Below are positions 34,373 to 44,180 of a stretch of 64,000 bases of DNA, piece after piece. The first letter of the stretch is position 1, and every line of letters begins with the position of its first letter. Below the pieces are notes generated by a model. It was given only the letters and a program-made list of their open reading frames with translations. It was not told the DNA's origin and searched no databases. Where the stretch lies: positions 128,001 to 192,000 of the forward strand of contig CAWIIQ010000003.1 of assembly GCA_963836185.1 (NCBI GenBank), given 5' to 3'. Source of the stretch: Candidatus Krumholzibacteriia bacterium (lineage in GTDB: Bacteria; Krumholzibacteriota; Krumholzibacteriia; Krumholzibacteriales; Krumholzibacteriaceae). A program made the position numbers and the translations under genes.

Positions 34373-34963
34373 TCAGTCCTTTTTTTCTTCGTCGCCGAGG
34401 GTGCAGCCGCAGTGCGGACACTCAGCCAGTGAGTTCGATACGACCTTGCCGCACTCAGGGCAGTCCTTAAGCTCGGTCTTGCAGGAGTTGCAGAAAGTGT
34501 ATGTCTCCTCGACTTCAGAATCGCAGTAGGGACAGGTCTGCCCGTGCATCTCGCTTTTCTGCGCGTGAGGTGTCGGAGCGGGCTCGCCCGTTTCCTTCCT
34601 CTTGCGATAATCCTCGATCGCGGCGTGCAGCGCGTCGGCCCCGAGGTTGGAACAGTGCATCTTGTTCTTGGGAAGCCCGCCGAGCTCTTCGGCGACCATG
34701 TCGTTTGTGATCTCCATCGCCTCGTCGAGTGTCTTCCCCGTCGCCATCTCGCTGACCATGCTCGAGACCGCGATAGCGGCCCCGCAGCCGAAGGTCTTGA
34801 ACTTGATATCGGCGAGCCTGTCGTCCTCGACCGTGATCATGAATGTCATCATGTCGCCGCAGGTCGGGTTCCCGATCTCTCCCACGCCGTCCGCGTTCTC
34901 GATCTCGCCGACATTGCGCGGCTTCATGAAATGGTCCATCACCTTGTCGCTGTACATTGGCAT
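34373..34963 (-). CDS. iscU: Fe-S scaffold IscU/NifU-N with C-terminal double zinc ribbon
   Basis: [23 protein letters not shown]; tail CPYC..CNSC..CPEC..CPHC. Confidence 0.92.
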   Translation of the reverse strand: MPMYSDKVMDHFMKPRNVGEIENADGVGEIGNPTCGDMMTFMITVEDDRLADIKFKTFGCGAAIAVSSMVSEMATGKTLDEAMEITNDMVAEELGGLPKNKMHCSNLGADALHAAIEDYRKRKETGEPAPTPHAQKSEMHGQTCPYCDSEVEETYTFCNSCKTELKDCPECGKVVSNSLAECPHCGCTLGDEEKKD

Positions 34964-34993
34964 TGTTCTTCTCCTGTCAGTTATTGTCCTCTT

Positions 34994-36172
34994 TCAGTCC
35001 TGGTCCTTGTTATATATGGGGGACATCTCGCGCAGGCGCAAGACGATCGGCTTCATCTCTTCTATTACCGTGTCGACGTCCTCGATCGTGTTCGAATCGC
35101 CGAGCGAGAATACTATCGAGCCCTGTGCAGTAGCGGCGTCGTAGCCCATCGCCTCGAGGACGTGGCTGCCCTTGAGCGCCTTCGATGTGCAGGCGGAGCC
35201 GCTTGCGGCCATGATCCCGTTGTGGTCGAGGAAGAGCAGAAGGCCCTCGCCCTCGATGAATTTGACACAGAACGATGCGTGTCCGGGAAGGCGCTGTTCG
35301 GGGTGCCCAGTCGCTATCACATCGGGGATCGCAGCGGGCAGCTTCTCGATGAACGCGTCCCTTATAGGGATAAATCGCGCCGCCCTGTCGGCCAGCTCGG
35401 CCAGTGCGAGTTCGGCCGCGACTCCCATGCCGGCGATCGCCGGTATGTTCTCCTGGCCCGCCCTGAGGTTCCTCTCCTGGACGCCGCCCTGGATCAGCGG
35501 CCTCACGGGGAATCCCTTCCCGAGGATCAGCGCCGCGGCTCCCGGGGGGCCGCCGAAATTCTGCGCCGCTATCGTCATCGCGCCGGCGCCTGTCCTGTTC
35601 ATGTCCGTGTCGATCATGCCCGCGGCTCCCCACGAATCTGTGTGGAGCGGCACGCCTGCCTCCCTGCATATGGCGGCGAGCTCCGTGACGGGCTGGACCG
35701 TGCCGACCTCCGTGCTCGCGTGGATTATCGAGACGACGGCCGCTCCGCCCGCGAGAGCTTTTTTCAGGCCGGAGGGGTCTACGAGGCCAACGCTGTCGAC
35801 CGGCAGGGTCACGATCTCGAACCCTTCCTTCTCCAGCGTTCTGGCCGGCGTCATTATCGAGATATGCTCCATGGCGGAGATTATCACGCGTTTCGACTTG
35901 TTCGCGCGGCCTCTCGCTATGCCCTTGAGGGCCATGTTGTTCGCCTCTGAGCCGGACGCGGTGAATATCACGTCGTATGCGGACATTCCCGCGAGAGACG
36001 CGACCTGCTCCCTCGCTCGCGCGAGGACCTCGGCGGCCCGCTGGCCGCGAGTGGTCACGCTCTGGGGATTGCCGAACCCGTCCTCGAGAAGGGGCACCAT
36101 CGCCGCGACGGCCTCTTTCCTGACGGGTGAAGCGGCAACGTGGTCGAGGTATATCTCTTTTTGTTCGTTCAT
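34994..36172 (-). CDS. iscS: Cysteine desulfurase IscS/NifS-like protein (PLP Lys motif altered)
   Basis: YLDH.A, GNP.S, FTASGSEANN, EH, GGVQE..LRAG.EN, SGSACTS; AQNFGGP in place of xHKxxGP. Confidence 0.85.
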   Translation of the reverse strand: MNEQKEIYLDHVAASPVRKEAVAAMVPLLEDGFGNPQSVTTRGQRAAEVLARAREQVASLAGMSAYDVIFTASGSEANNMALKGIARGRANKSKRVIISAMEHISIMTPARTLEKEGFEIVTLPVDSVGLVDPSGLKKALAGGAAVVSIIHASTEVGTVQPVTELAAICREAGVPLHTDSWGAAGMIDTDMNRTGAGAMTIAAQNFGGPPGAAALILGKGFPVRPLIQGGVQERNLRAGQENIPAIAGMGVAAELALAELADRAARFIPIRDAFIEKLPAAIPDVIATGHPEQRLPGHASFCVKFIEGEGLLLFLDHNGIMAASGSACTSKALKGSHVLEAMGYDAATAQGSIVFSLGDSNTIEDVDTVIEEMKPIVLRLREMSPIYNKDQD

Positions 36173-36460
36173 CAGGTTCCGTCCTGTCTTTTTGCGGCCG
36201 GACCGGAGGCACGTCCGCTGACTTCGGAGACACCCCTTCCGATCGATACGGCGTATTACATATTCGAGATCGGTAATAAGTAGAAATAATTTACTGCGAG
36301 CCCCCCATAAAGAAAAGTAAAATGACACTGACTGTCAACAATATACGCTTCCTGACGAGAGCCAGCCCCTTCACTTTATCGTATTTATTGCTATATTGTA
36401 TATGTTCGCACAAATTGTTCGCCCGAACTCTGTTTGCTGGCCACATTTCAGGGGGGTGTC

Positions 36461-37594
36461 ATGAAACGCACGGGAATGCCCTGTATGGGTACGCTTGCCC
36501 CTGCAGCATTTTTGATCACAACGATATTTCTTGTTACCTCGGCGATCCTGACGGATGCCGCTTCCGCCGGGGACAGGCGCGCCCCTGTCTCAGGAGGCAG
36601 AAAAGAAGGCGGTATTCAGAAGACGCCTGACCGGCCGAAACCACCGCCCCCGGCGTATAAGCCCGCACCTGCCCGTAAGCCCGATCGCCCGGTGAAACCG
36701 GCACCTGGCAGAAATGACCCCCCCGGTGAAGTGACAGGCGGGAGAAAGACGCCATCGGGCGGTTCGTACAGCAGGCCGCCGAGAAAATTCGAAAAATATC
36801 CGGACCGTTATAAAGAGAAACGAAAGGAAAAAGGTCCTGTTGGAAGGAAAGGAAAAGAAGACTGCAGGCCTCCAGCCCGTCCGGGCGGCGGGCCCTGCTG
36901 GCGGCCCCCCGGGCACCGCCCCCCTCACCGGCCTCCCATACCCTGCCATCCCCCCGTCTATATCAGCTACGAGTACACGTATGTCGACCAGACGATCATA
37001 ATCGGCGGGCTGATCGACAATGACCTCTACGGGATAATCCTGCCGTTCGGCCCGATCGTTCCCTGGGAGATAGGCGAGTTTTACCTTATCAGGCTCAAGA
37101 ATCTCGAAAGGGAAGGTCTCGGCGGCTCGATGATGACCACTATCGTGCAGACGCGCGATGAGATGGGATGGGAAGAGTTCCTCGACAGGTTCGGGGACGA
37201 TATCACGGACGTGATCTATTACGGCCCGGTCGGACGCACATCATTTCTTGTAGCCATGACCGTTTCCGATATCCTCGACCTGATGGTGCTCGAAGGGATC
37301 AGGTGGGTCGGGGAGCTGTACCCCGAATACAAGATAAAGCCCGGGGGAAGGAACGCGAGATTCTACGTGCGCTCTCTCGAAGGGGACACGATCGCGTTCC
37401 GCAGGGAGCTGCGGGACACGGGCGTCTTCGTCATGAACTTCGATCCCGATACCGGGGAATACTTTGTCCGTAGCAGCAGCGACAATTACGACATGATAGC
37501 GAAGCTCTGGTGGGTCGCCAGGATCTCCGGCGCTCGCGGAGAGCCGTTCTTCCAGCCGGAATACGAGTGGGTCGATGTCGGGTTGGCGCCGTAA
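36461..37594 (+). CDS. Hypothetical exported protein with Pro/Lys/Arg-rich linker
   Basis: Hydrophobic N-terminus, low-complexity region, then a globular C-terminal part. Confidence 0.65.
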   Translation: MKRTGMPCMGTLAPAAFLITTIFLVTSAILTDAASAGDRRAPVSGGRKEGGIQKTPDRPKPPPPAYKPAPARKPDRPVKPAPGRNDPPGEVTGGRKTPSGGSYSRPPRKFEKYPDRYKEKRKEKGPVGRKGKEDCRPPARPGGGPCWRPPGHRPPHRPPIPCHPPVYISYEYTYVDQTIIIGGLIDNDLYGIILPFGPIVPWEIGEFYLIRLKNLEREGLGGSMMTTIVQTRDEMGWEEFLDRFGDDITDVIYYGPVGRTSFLVAMTVSDILDLMVLEGIRWVGELYPEYKIKPGGRNARFYVRSLEGDTIAFRRELRDTGVFVMNFDPDTGEYFVRSSSDNYDMIAKLWWVARISGARGEPFFQPEYEWVDVGLAP

Positions 37595-37625
37595 CCCGCT
37601 GGTTTGAAAGGCGCAGTATCATTAC

Positions 37626-37657
37626 AGGGCGTTGCCGTAGGGGCGATGCCCTATTTT
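37626..37657 (+). terminator. Intrinsic terminator
   Basis: AGGGCGTTGCC/GGCGATGCCCT stem (with GU pairs) followed by ATTTT. Confidence 0.55.
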
Positions 37658-37848
37658 CTGACGAATCGATAAAATAATTACCCATAATATTTGTAATGTA
37701 TTATATTCATAGCATTGAAGTACCCGGCGGCGCCTGTTGGCGGAGTCAGGGGCCGATCTTCAGGCGCCGTGCCGGGGTTAACCTTCTTCCTGTAACCTGC
37801 TGACTGCTGTACAATGACTCGCGGACATATACCGGGAGGAGAGTACAG

Positions 37849-38784
37849 ATGTCACGCAGGCCCGCCGTTATAATCACGACATTCCTTGCAGCATGTATCA
37901 TCGCTCTGTCAGCCGCGCCCGCGCCGATTCACGGGGATAGCGCAAACTCGTTCCGATTCGTATTCATGACCGACATTCACCTGATGCCTGAGCGCCGCGG
38001 GGCAGATGGGTTTTCAGCCGCTATCGAGGCGGTCAACAGGCTGGCCCCCGACTTTGTCATAACAGGCGGGGACCTGATATATGACGCTCTCGGAACAAGT
38101 TACGAGCGGGCTGATTCCCTTTACAGGCTGTCCGCCGAGCTCTGCGAGAAATTCGAGATGCCTGTCCATCACACGGTCGGAAATCACGAGATCTTCGGGC
38201 TTTACCCCGGAAGCGGCGTCGATCCGGTGCACCCGGAATTCGGCAGGAAGATGTTTGAAAAAAGGCTCGGCGGAGGCTCGACGAACTCCTCGTTCGATTT
38301 CGGGGGCTGGCACTTCATCATGCTCGATACGATAGGTTTCACCGGCACGAGACGGTATTTCGGGCATGTCGGGCCCGGGTCGCTCGAGTGGCTTGTCCGG
38401 GATCTCGAAAAGACGGCACCCGGCACGCCTATCGTCCTCTGCGTCCATATTCCGCTTGTATCTCCGACACTGCAGGCCACATACGGCGCTAAAGAGGGCA
38501 TACCGGCGGCTGAGATGGTGACCAACACACCGGAAGTACTTGCCGCTTTCGAGGGCCGCGACCTGAGGCTCGTGCTCCAGGGGCACCTGCACATCGTCGA
38601 GCAGGCACAGGTCAGGGGGACAAAGTTCGTCACGGGCGGTGCCGTAAGCGGCGCCTGGTGGAAGGGCCCTTTCAGGGGATTTGCCGAGGGCTTCATGGTC
38701 GTCGAGATCAAGGACGGCGCAATCGACTATCATTATGAAGGTTATGGGTGGCAGGCGGGCGAACTGCCTCTTTCCTCCCCTTAA
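37849..38784 (+). CDS. Secreted calcineurin-like metallophosphoesterase
   Basis: Signal peptide; DIH, GGDL, GNHE, HIP, GHLH. Confidence 0.92.
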   Translation: MSRRPAVIITTFLAACIIALSAAPAPIHGDSANSFRFVFMTDIHLMPERRGADGFSAAIEAVNRLAPDFVITGGDLIYDALGTSYERADSLYRLSAELCEKFEMPVHHTVGNHEIFGLYPGSGVDPVHPEFGRKMFEKRLGGGSTNSSFDFGGWHFIMLDTIGFTGTRRYFGHVGPGSLEWLVRDLEKTAPGTPIVLCVHIPLVSPTLQATYGAKEGIPAAEMVTNTPEVLAAFEGRDLRLVLQGHLHIVEQAQVRGTKFVTGGAVSGAWWKGPFRGFAEGFMVVEIKDGAIDYHYEGYGWQAGELPLSSP

Positions 38785-38820
38785 GCGGAACGCTTGTTGC
38801 ACCTCCATCCGGATGGAGGA

Positions 38821-39717
38821 ATGCGCATGCTGGTCGACACAAAGATCTCCGTTTCCGGCTGGGTGAAGGATCTCGCCTCGTTCACCGCAATGGTAGCGGT
38901 CGCTTCATGGCAGGGCTGGGAAGCGAAGGAGCTTATCTGGGGCCTCTGGATATCGAGCCTTGTCATCGGCTACGCCTTTATCCTCATATCAGCCATATCG
39001 ATATATTTCACAGGCAATATGCCTGGTGAATCAAGGGCGATGAAAACCCTGAAAGATATACGGGGCCTGAAGGAATTCAGGACGCTCGGGATGAATGTCT
39101 TCGTTACGATCGCCGCCTTTTTCATCTTCGGTCCGTTTCGTGCGATTTCCTGGCTGGTCCTCCTCGTAAATGCCTTCTTCGCGGGAGCCACACTCTATCT
39201 CAAGTACGGGCCCGGTCACGATGACGGGTCGGTCATTCGGAGCGTCGCCACGCGGTTTTTCGCCTACACTCCTGCTGTTGCTTTCACTCTCGGCTTCTTC
39301 TCTCTGCATTTCGGGGGCTTCCACTTCGTACACGGGATGTTCCTCAACTCCTTTTTTCCCATAGTCGAGGGTACCCCGTTCGGTGAATCGATCGGCGGAA
39401 CCTTCGTGTTCGTCTTCGGGATCATCAACGCTGCGGCCCGCAGCTACTGGCCGTTCGTGCTTATCAGCGCCTGGTCGAGGCTTGGCGACATGAAGAGATC
39501 GCTCGAGCCCGGCAGGGAGCCGAACATGCTCCTTCCCTATATCAGCGTCGTCAAGATGCACATCCTGATCTTTGTCTTCGCCGGCCTGCACGCTGCCGGG
39601 CTCCAGGCGTGGGCCCTCTACCCCGTCCTTTTCTTCTATTTCTTTCCTGCCGGAACGGTCTTCAAGGCGATTTTCGGGAGAATCTCCGGTGCCGGAAAAA
39701 GATTCGCCATAAAATAA
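38821..39717 (+). CDS. Membrane protein (DUF6498-like)
   Basis: Multiple TMs; FFSLHFGGFHFVHG and PY..VVKMH motifs. Confidence 0.6.
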   Translation: MRMLVDTKISVSGWVKDLASFTAMVAVASWQGWEAKELIWGLWISSLVIGYAFILISAISIYFTGNMPGESRAMKTLKDIRGLKEFRTLGMNVFVTIAAFFIFGPFRAISWLVLLVNAFFAGATLYLKYGPGHDDGSVIRSVATRFFAYTPAVAFTLGFFSLHFGGFHFVHGMFLNSFFPIVEGTPFGESIGGTFVFVFGIINAAARSYWPFVLISAWSRLGDMKRSLEPGREPNMLLPYISVVKMHILIFVFAGLHAAGLQAWALYPVLFFYFFPAGTVFKAIFGRISGAGKRFAIK

Positions 39718-39895
39718 TTGGTGGAACCTGCGGCTATTAATATTTTATAATGTACTACTGACTGATACGGATATGTCCCGGTCCCCCTGATGGAGCCGCA
39801 GGCAATAGATGGGGTATCGGGTCTGTTTTCAGTGGATGAATCAAACAAGTGCGGGCGTGGCTGCGAACAGATGCCCGCGAGACAGAGGAGACTAG

Positions 39896-40954
39896 ATGAA
39901 TCTTTCGAGAAAGCTGGGCCTGTCGGTCGTGACCTTCGCTGTGATGGCGACTGTGCTGGCATCGATGGCCGTGGCGGGCCAGAAAGATCCGCCGAAGCTG
40001 TACATACGGGACAAGGAACCCGACCTCGGCACTTTCTATGAAGGCGTGGACATCGAGTATGAGTTCAAGGTGAGGAACCACGGGGTTGCGGAACTTCATA
40101 TTCTCGGCGTCCGCCCCGGGTGAGGCTGCTCAGTGGCCGACTATGACGAGGTCATCCCTCCCGGGTCGGAGGGAAAGATTGGTGTAAAACTCATAGGACA
40201 CAAGCTTCACACGGGGCGCTTCAAGAAAAGCTTCACGGTGAAGACTAACGATCCTGAAAATGCGAAGCTGACGCTGTCCGTTACCGGAATTGTCAAGCAG
40301 GTCTTCCAGGTCTCGAAGGGGATGTCCCTCTCGGGGTACAAGGGCGATGAGCTCAAGGAGGAAGTGATCCTCACATCTACTGTCGAGGAGAAGATCAACC
40401 TGACTGGATATCACTGGTCGGATGCCAGCAAGGATAAAGAGGCTCTCGAGGAGGGCATCGGCGTCAAGATAACGCCGATCGAAAAGGGCAAGAAGTACAA
40501 GATCGATACATGGCTGAAGAAAGACCTTCCGCCGAAACAGTACTATGCCGACCTGTATATAGAAACGGATTTTGAGATGCTTCCCGAGAAGAAGCTGCAG
40601 TTCCGGCTTCATATCATGGACGATGTCGAGGTTCACCCGAGCACGATATACATGAGAGAGCTCCAGGTAGAAGAGGGAACATCGAAGAGTTTCGAGAAGA
40701 TTGTCTCGATCATCGCGGCAAGGGGAGACTCTCTGAAGGTACTGGAGGTAGTGCCGAGCGATCCGACAATCACCTGGAACATCAGGGAGGTCAAGCCCGG
40801 CAAGGCCTACACATGCAGGTTCCAGATCCGGCCGAAATCGGAGCCGGGCAAGTACGAAGCGACGCTGAAATTCCTGACCAACTATCCCGGATACAATGAG
40901 CTTGTGGTGCCGATCAAGGGCTCCGTCAGGATAGTGAAGAAGCGGGGCGGCTGA
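39896..40954 (+). CDS. Secreted DUF1573 Ig-like protein, probable selenoprotein (UGC motif, in-frame TGA at 40121)
   Basis: Two same-frame ORFs separated by one TGA: ...EFKVRNHG...LHILGVRPG*GCSVADYDEVIPPGSEGKI...VKTNDP. Confidence 0.85.
40137..40169 (+). promoter_or_regulatory. Putative bacterial SECIS hairpin
   Basis: Apical stem ATGAC-GAG-GTCAT with loop 24 nt after the UGA and starting with G; lower stem CCGAC/GTCGG. Confidence 0.6.
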
Positions 40955-41038
40955 TAGCGGTCCCGGCGCATTACAGAGGGGATTATCCGGGGCGTGTCCG
41001 GCGTTCGGCGCGTCCCGATTTTTGAAAGGGCAGATATC

Positions 41039-41966
41039 ATGACAAGAAGTATAAGGATATTTATGCTGGCGATGGCGGTGGTCGCCATGCTCGCCGGAGC
41101 GGCGTCAGCCGATGCCGCCAGGGAGAACGAGGCGAAGGACGCTTTCATCAAGTTAATGGGCGAACTCCAGCAGGACCGGAACCGGATCCCGATGGATCAG
41201 CTTCTCGTAAAGGCCGAAGAGGAGATCAAGAAGTTCATCGAGACTTACGCCGGCACTGCCGCGTCGGGAAGCGCGATGGTCACTCTCAGCCAGATATATT
41301 CGCAGACCGGACGGAACGCGGACGCCAGGGAGTTCCTTGACAAGTATATCGCGGCGACATTTCCGAAAGAGCCGTCGGAAGAAGGAATGGCATGGATGAC
41401 GATTGCCGGTGCCTGCATAGACGACGACGATTTCGAAGGAGCCAGGAAAGCGCTGGACAAGGCAGTCGCGGTCAAGGGGCTCGATGACAAGATGAAGAAG
41501 TCGGCCGAGGACATGCTCGCACGTCTCGAGACGATGAAGAAACTCAAGATCGGCGCCGACGCGCTGGACTTCAAGACGACAGATATCGCGGGCAAGGAGA
41601 TCAGCCTCTCCGACTACAGGGGGAAAGTGGTCCTCCTCGATTTCTGGGCCACGTGGTGCGCCCCATGCCGGGCGGAGATGCCGCATCGTCAAGGAAGTAT
41701 ACGCGGCCTATAACGGCAAGGGCTTCGACATCCTCGGCGTTTCGATGGACAACAACCGGCAGGCTCTGGATTCCTACCTCGAGGAACAGGGCATGAAGTG
41801 GCGCCAGATCTACGACGGCAAGGGCTGGAAGGCGGAGATCGGCGAGCTCTATGCGGTCAGTTCGATTCCCGCTACGTTCCTCATCGACAAGCAGGGAAAG
41901 ATAAGGTACAAGAATCTGCGCGGCGATGAGCTGAAGGCGGCGGTCGAGGCGCTGGTAAAGGAATAA
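41039..41966 (+). CDS. Exported TlpA/redoxin with N-terminal TPR-like helices (extra base near 41687)
   Basis: Signal peptide; [15 protein letters not shown]; second frame ...[13 protein letters not shown]. Confidence 0.9.
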
Positions 41967-41995
41967 AGAAAAAGAACGACCACACTGACCATTCG

Positions 41996-42024
41996 ACGGG
42001 CGGGCCATCCGGTCCGCCCGTTTT
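41996..42024 (+). terminator. Intrinsic terminator
   Basis: ACGGGCGG/CCGCCCGT stem followed by TTT. Confidence 0.5.
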
Positions 42025-42239
42025 CATCAATGCGGGCGATTCGTTTCCTGCCAGGAAAGGTCCTGTCGAAAAACCACACCTTTTACGGTTTTCCGAAAAA
42101 AATAATCTTGACACTTTTGTCCTGTTTGTGGAATTGTACTCTCTGCTGTCTCGGGCATGCCGAAGGTGGCATGCTGCTGGTAAGGTGAATTTAGGCCGCC
42201 GTCTTCTCGGCTGCCGATTCTTTTTACGGAAAAAACTAC

Positions 42240-43289
42240 ATGCAGTTTATCGACTCGACAAACTTCGAGCGGTTGCTTAAAAAACTCTCCGGCGAGGGAG
42301 AGCTTTTTGTGCCCGTCAAGGAAGAAGACACCGGAAAACTTCATATTGAGCGCGTCGAGGCCTTTCCTCTTCCCGAAGGGATGAGTGTCGAAGGCTTTCG
42401 TACGGTCGAGACACTGAAGGGATTCGCTCAGCTGCTGCGTTCGACAGTCGCCGAGTATCCCGCAGAGGAACTCGATGAGCTAGAAGCCGGTGAAAACGCG
42501 CCTTCACATATAGTGGTCGGCGCGAGGGCCTGCGACGTCGCAGCCATGGAGCTGGTCGACAAGGTGCAGGTCGAAGGAGAGTTCGAAGACCCGTTCTACC
42601 GGATCCGCAGGGAGAAGATGTTCACGATAGCCGCCGATTGTACAGACTGCGGAGATTCGTGCTTCTGCGACCTGCTGGGCAAGAGGCCGTGGCCGGAGAA
42701 GGGTTATGACCTGTCGATCTCAAAGGTTGACGCGGGGTATCTCGTCGAGACGGGATCGGAACGCGGCGAGAAAGTAGTCTCTGAAAACGGGGACCTTTTC
42801 ACCGCTCCTCGCGAGGGACAGGAGAAATCGAGAGATGACGCGCGGATGAAGGTCGTCGCGAAGCTGAAGGAAAACAACAAGGATTTCCCCGACGCCACAA
42901 AGGTGACCGAGCCCCTCAGGGCGGCGCTTTCCGACGGGCTCTGGGAAGAAGAGTCGGCCAGGTGCGTGGAGTGCGGCGCCTGTACAAATATCTGCCCGAC
43001 CTGCTATTGCTTCCTCCTGTACGATACCGTCGAGGGAGAGAAGTTCAGGCGGGTGATGTCCTGGGACAGCTGCCAGGTGACCGGATACGCGAGAATGGCC
43101 GGTATGGGCAACCCGAGGCCCCGCCTCGGCGACCGCGTGAAGCACCGTTTTTATCACAAGTATGATTATCTGCCCGTCAGTCATGGCGAGATCTTCTGTA
43201 CCGGCTGTGGCAGGTGCATCGACACCTGCAGCGCCGGGATAGACATGCGGGCAGTGTTCAAGAATGTAATGAGCAAGGCAGCCAAGTAA
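42240..43289 (+). CDS. Sulfhydrogenase beta/AsrA-like Fe-S subunit
   Basis: GARACD, CxxCxxxCFC, CVECGACTNICPTCYC, WDSC, CTGCGRCIDTC. Confidence 0.9.
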   Translation: MQFIDSTNFERLLKKLSGEGELFVPVKEEDTGKLHIERVEAFPLPEGMSVEGFRTVETLKGFAQLLRSTVAEYPAEELDELEAGENAPSHIVVGARACDVAAMELVDKVQVEGEFEDPFYRIRREKMFTIAADCTDCGDSCFCDLLGKRPWPEKGYDLSISKVDAGYLVETGSERGEKVVSENGDLFTAPREGQEKSRDDARMKVVAKLKENNKDFPDATKVTEPLRAALSDGLWEEESARCVECGACTNICPTCYCFLLYDTVEGEKFRRVMSWDSCQVTGYARMAGMGNPRPRLGDRVKHRFYHKYDYLPVSHGEIFCTGCGRCIDTCSAGIDMRAVFKNVMSKAAK

Positions 43290-43302
43290 GGGAGCTGTTG
43301 GG

Positions 43303-44130
43303 ATGAAGAATCCGTATTATCCCATCGATACCGTTGTCGAAGATGTCATAACGGAGACCCCGACGATCAAGACGTTCGTCCTCAAGCCGGTAAGGCCGAT
43401 CCAGTTCAAGGCCGGCCAGTTCATGCAGCTTACCGTCCCCGGAGTAGGCGAGGCGCCGTTCACGCCCAGCTCCGACCCGAACATAACCGAGAGGATGGAG
43501 ATAACCATTCTCAAGACGGGAAAGGTGACGGACGCTCTGCACGATCTCGGGCCCGGCGCGAAGGTCGGGCTGAGAGGGCCGTTCGGAAAGGGATATCCGC
43601 TCGACAAACTCGTGGGCAAGGATGTCCTCGTGGTAGGGGGCGGCGTGGGCCTTGCCCCTATGAGGGCGCTGCTCTACGGTCTCTTCGCCGACCCGTCGAA
43701 GTACAGAAAGATCGTCATAAAGTTCGGCGCCAGGGAACCGGCGGAGCTGAGCTTCCGCAGGCAGTATGACGAGTGGCGTGCGCTGGCGGGAAACATATCG
43801 CTTGAGACCACGATCGATATCCCTCATCCCGACTGGACGGGGCATGTCGGCCTGGTGACGACACTGCTCGATCCCGGCAAGCTCGAGGGGATCGACATAA
43901 CCGACAGCTTTGCCCTCTCGTGCGGCCCCGAGATCATGCTCAAGTTCGTCACCCTGAAACTTCTCGAGATCGGTTACAAGCCCCCGCAGATATACCTTTC
44001 GATGAACAGGAAGATGTCCTGCGGCATGGGCAAGTGCGGACGTTGTAACGTCGGCCACTATTATCTGTGCGTCGACGGTCCAGATATGTGTTACGACAAG
44101 ATCAAGCACGTTCCGAACGTGTTCGGCTAG
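43303..44130 (+). CDS. Sulfhydrogenase gamma/AsrB-like FAD/NAD(P)-binding subunit
   Basis: GEAPF, RGPFG, GGGVGLAP, CGPEIM, MSCGMGKCGRC...CVDGP. Confidence 0.92.
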   Translation: MKNPYYPIDTVVEDVITETPTIKTFVLKPVRPIQFKAGQFMQLTVPGVGEAPFTPSSDPNITERMEITILKTGKVTDALHDLGPGAKVGLRGPFGKGYPLDKLVGKDVLVVGGGVGLAPMRALLYGLFADPSKYRKIVIKFGAREPAELSFRRQYDEWRALAGNISLETTIDIPHPDWTGHVGLVTTLLDPGKLEGIDITDSFALSCGPEIMLKFVTLKLLEIGYKPPQIYLSMNRKMSCGMGKCGRCNVGHYYLCVDGPDMCYDKIKHVPNVFG

Positions 44131-44180
44131 TTCACTTGTGGTTTGGGCACGCATCGGCGGCCCGGGAAGAAAAGCAGTCT

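Noticed and set aside
42108-42140. sigma70 promoter for the hydrogenase operon
   Set aside because: A perfect TTGACA is present but there is no convincing -10 at 16-18 bp spacing
42240-44130. Anaerobic sulfite reductase AsrABC
   Set aside because: No siroheme AsrC subunit in the cluster
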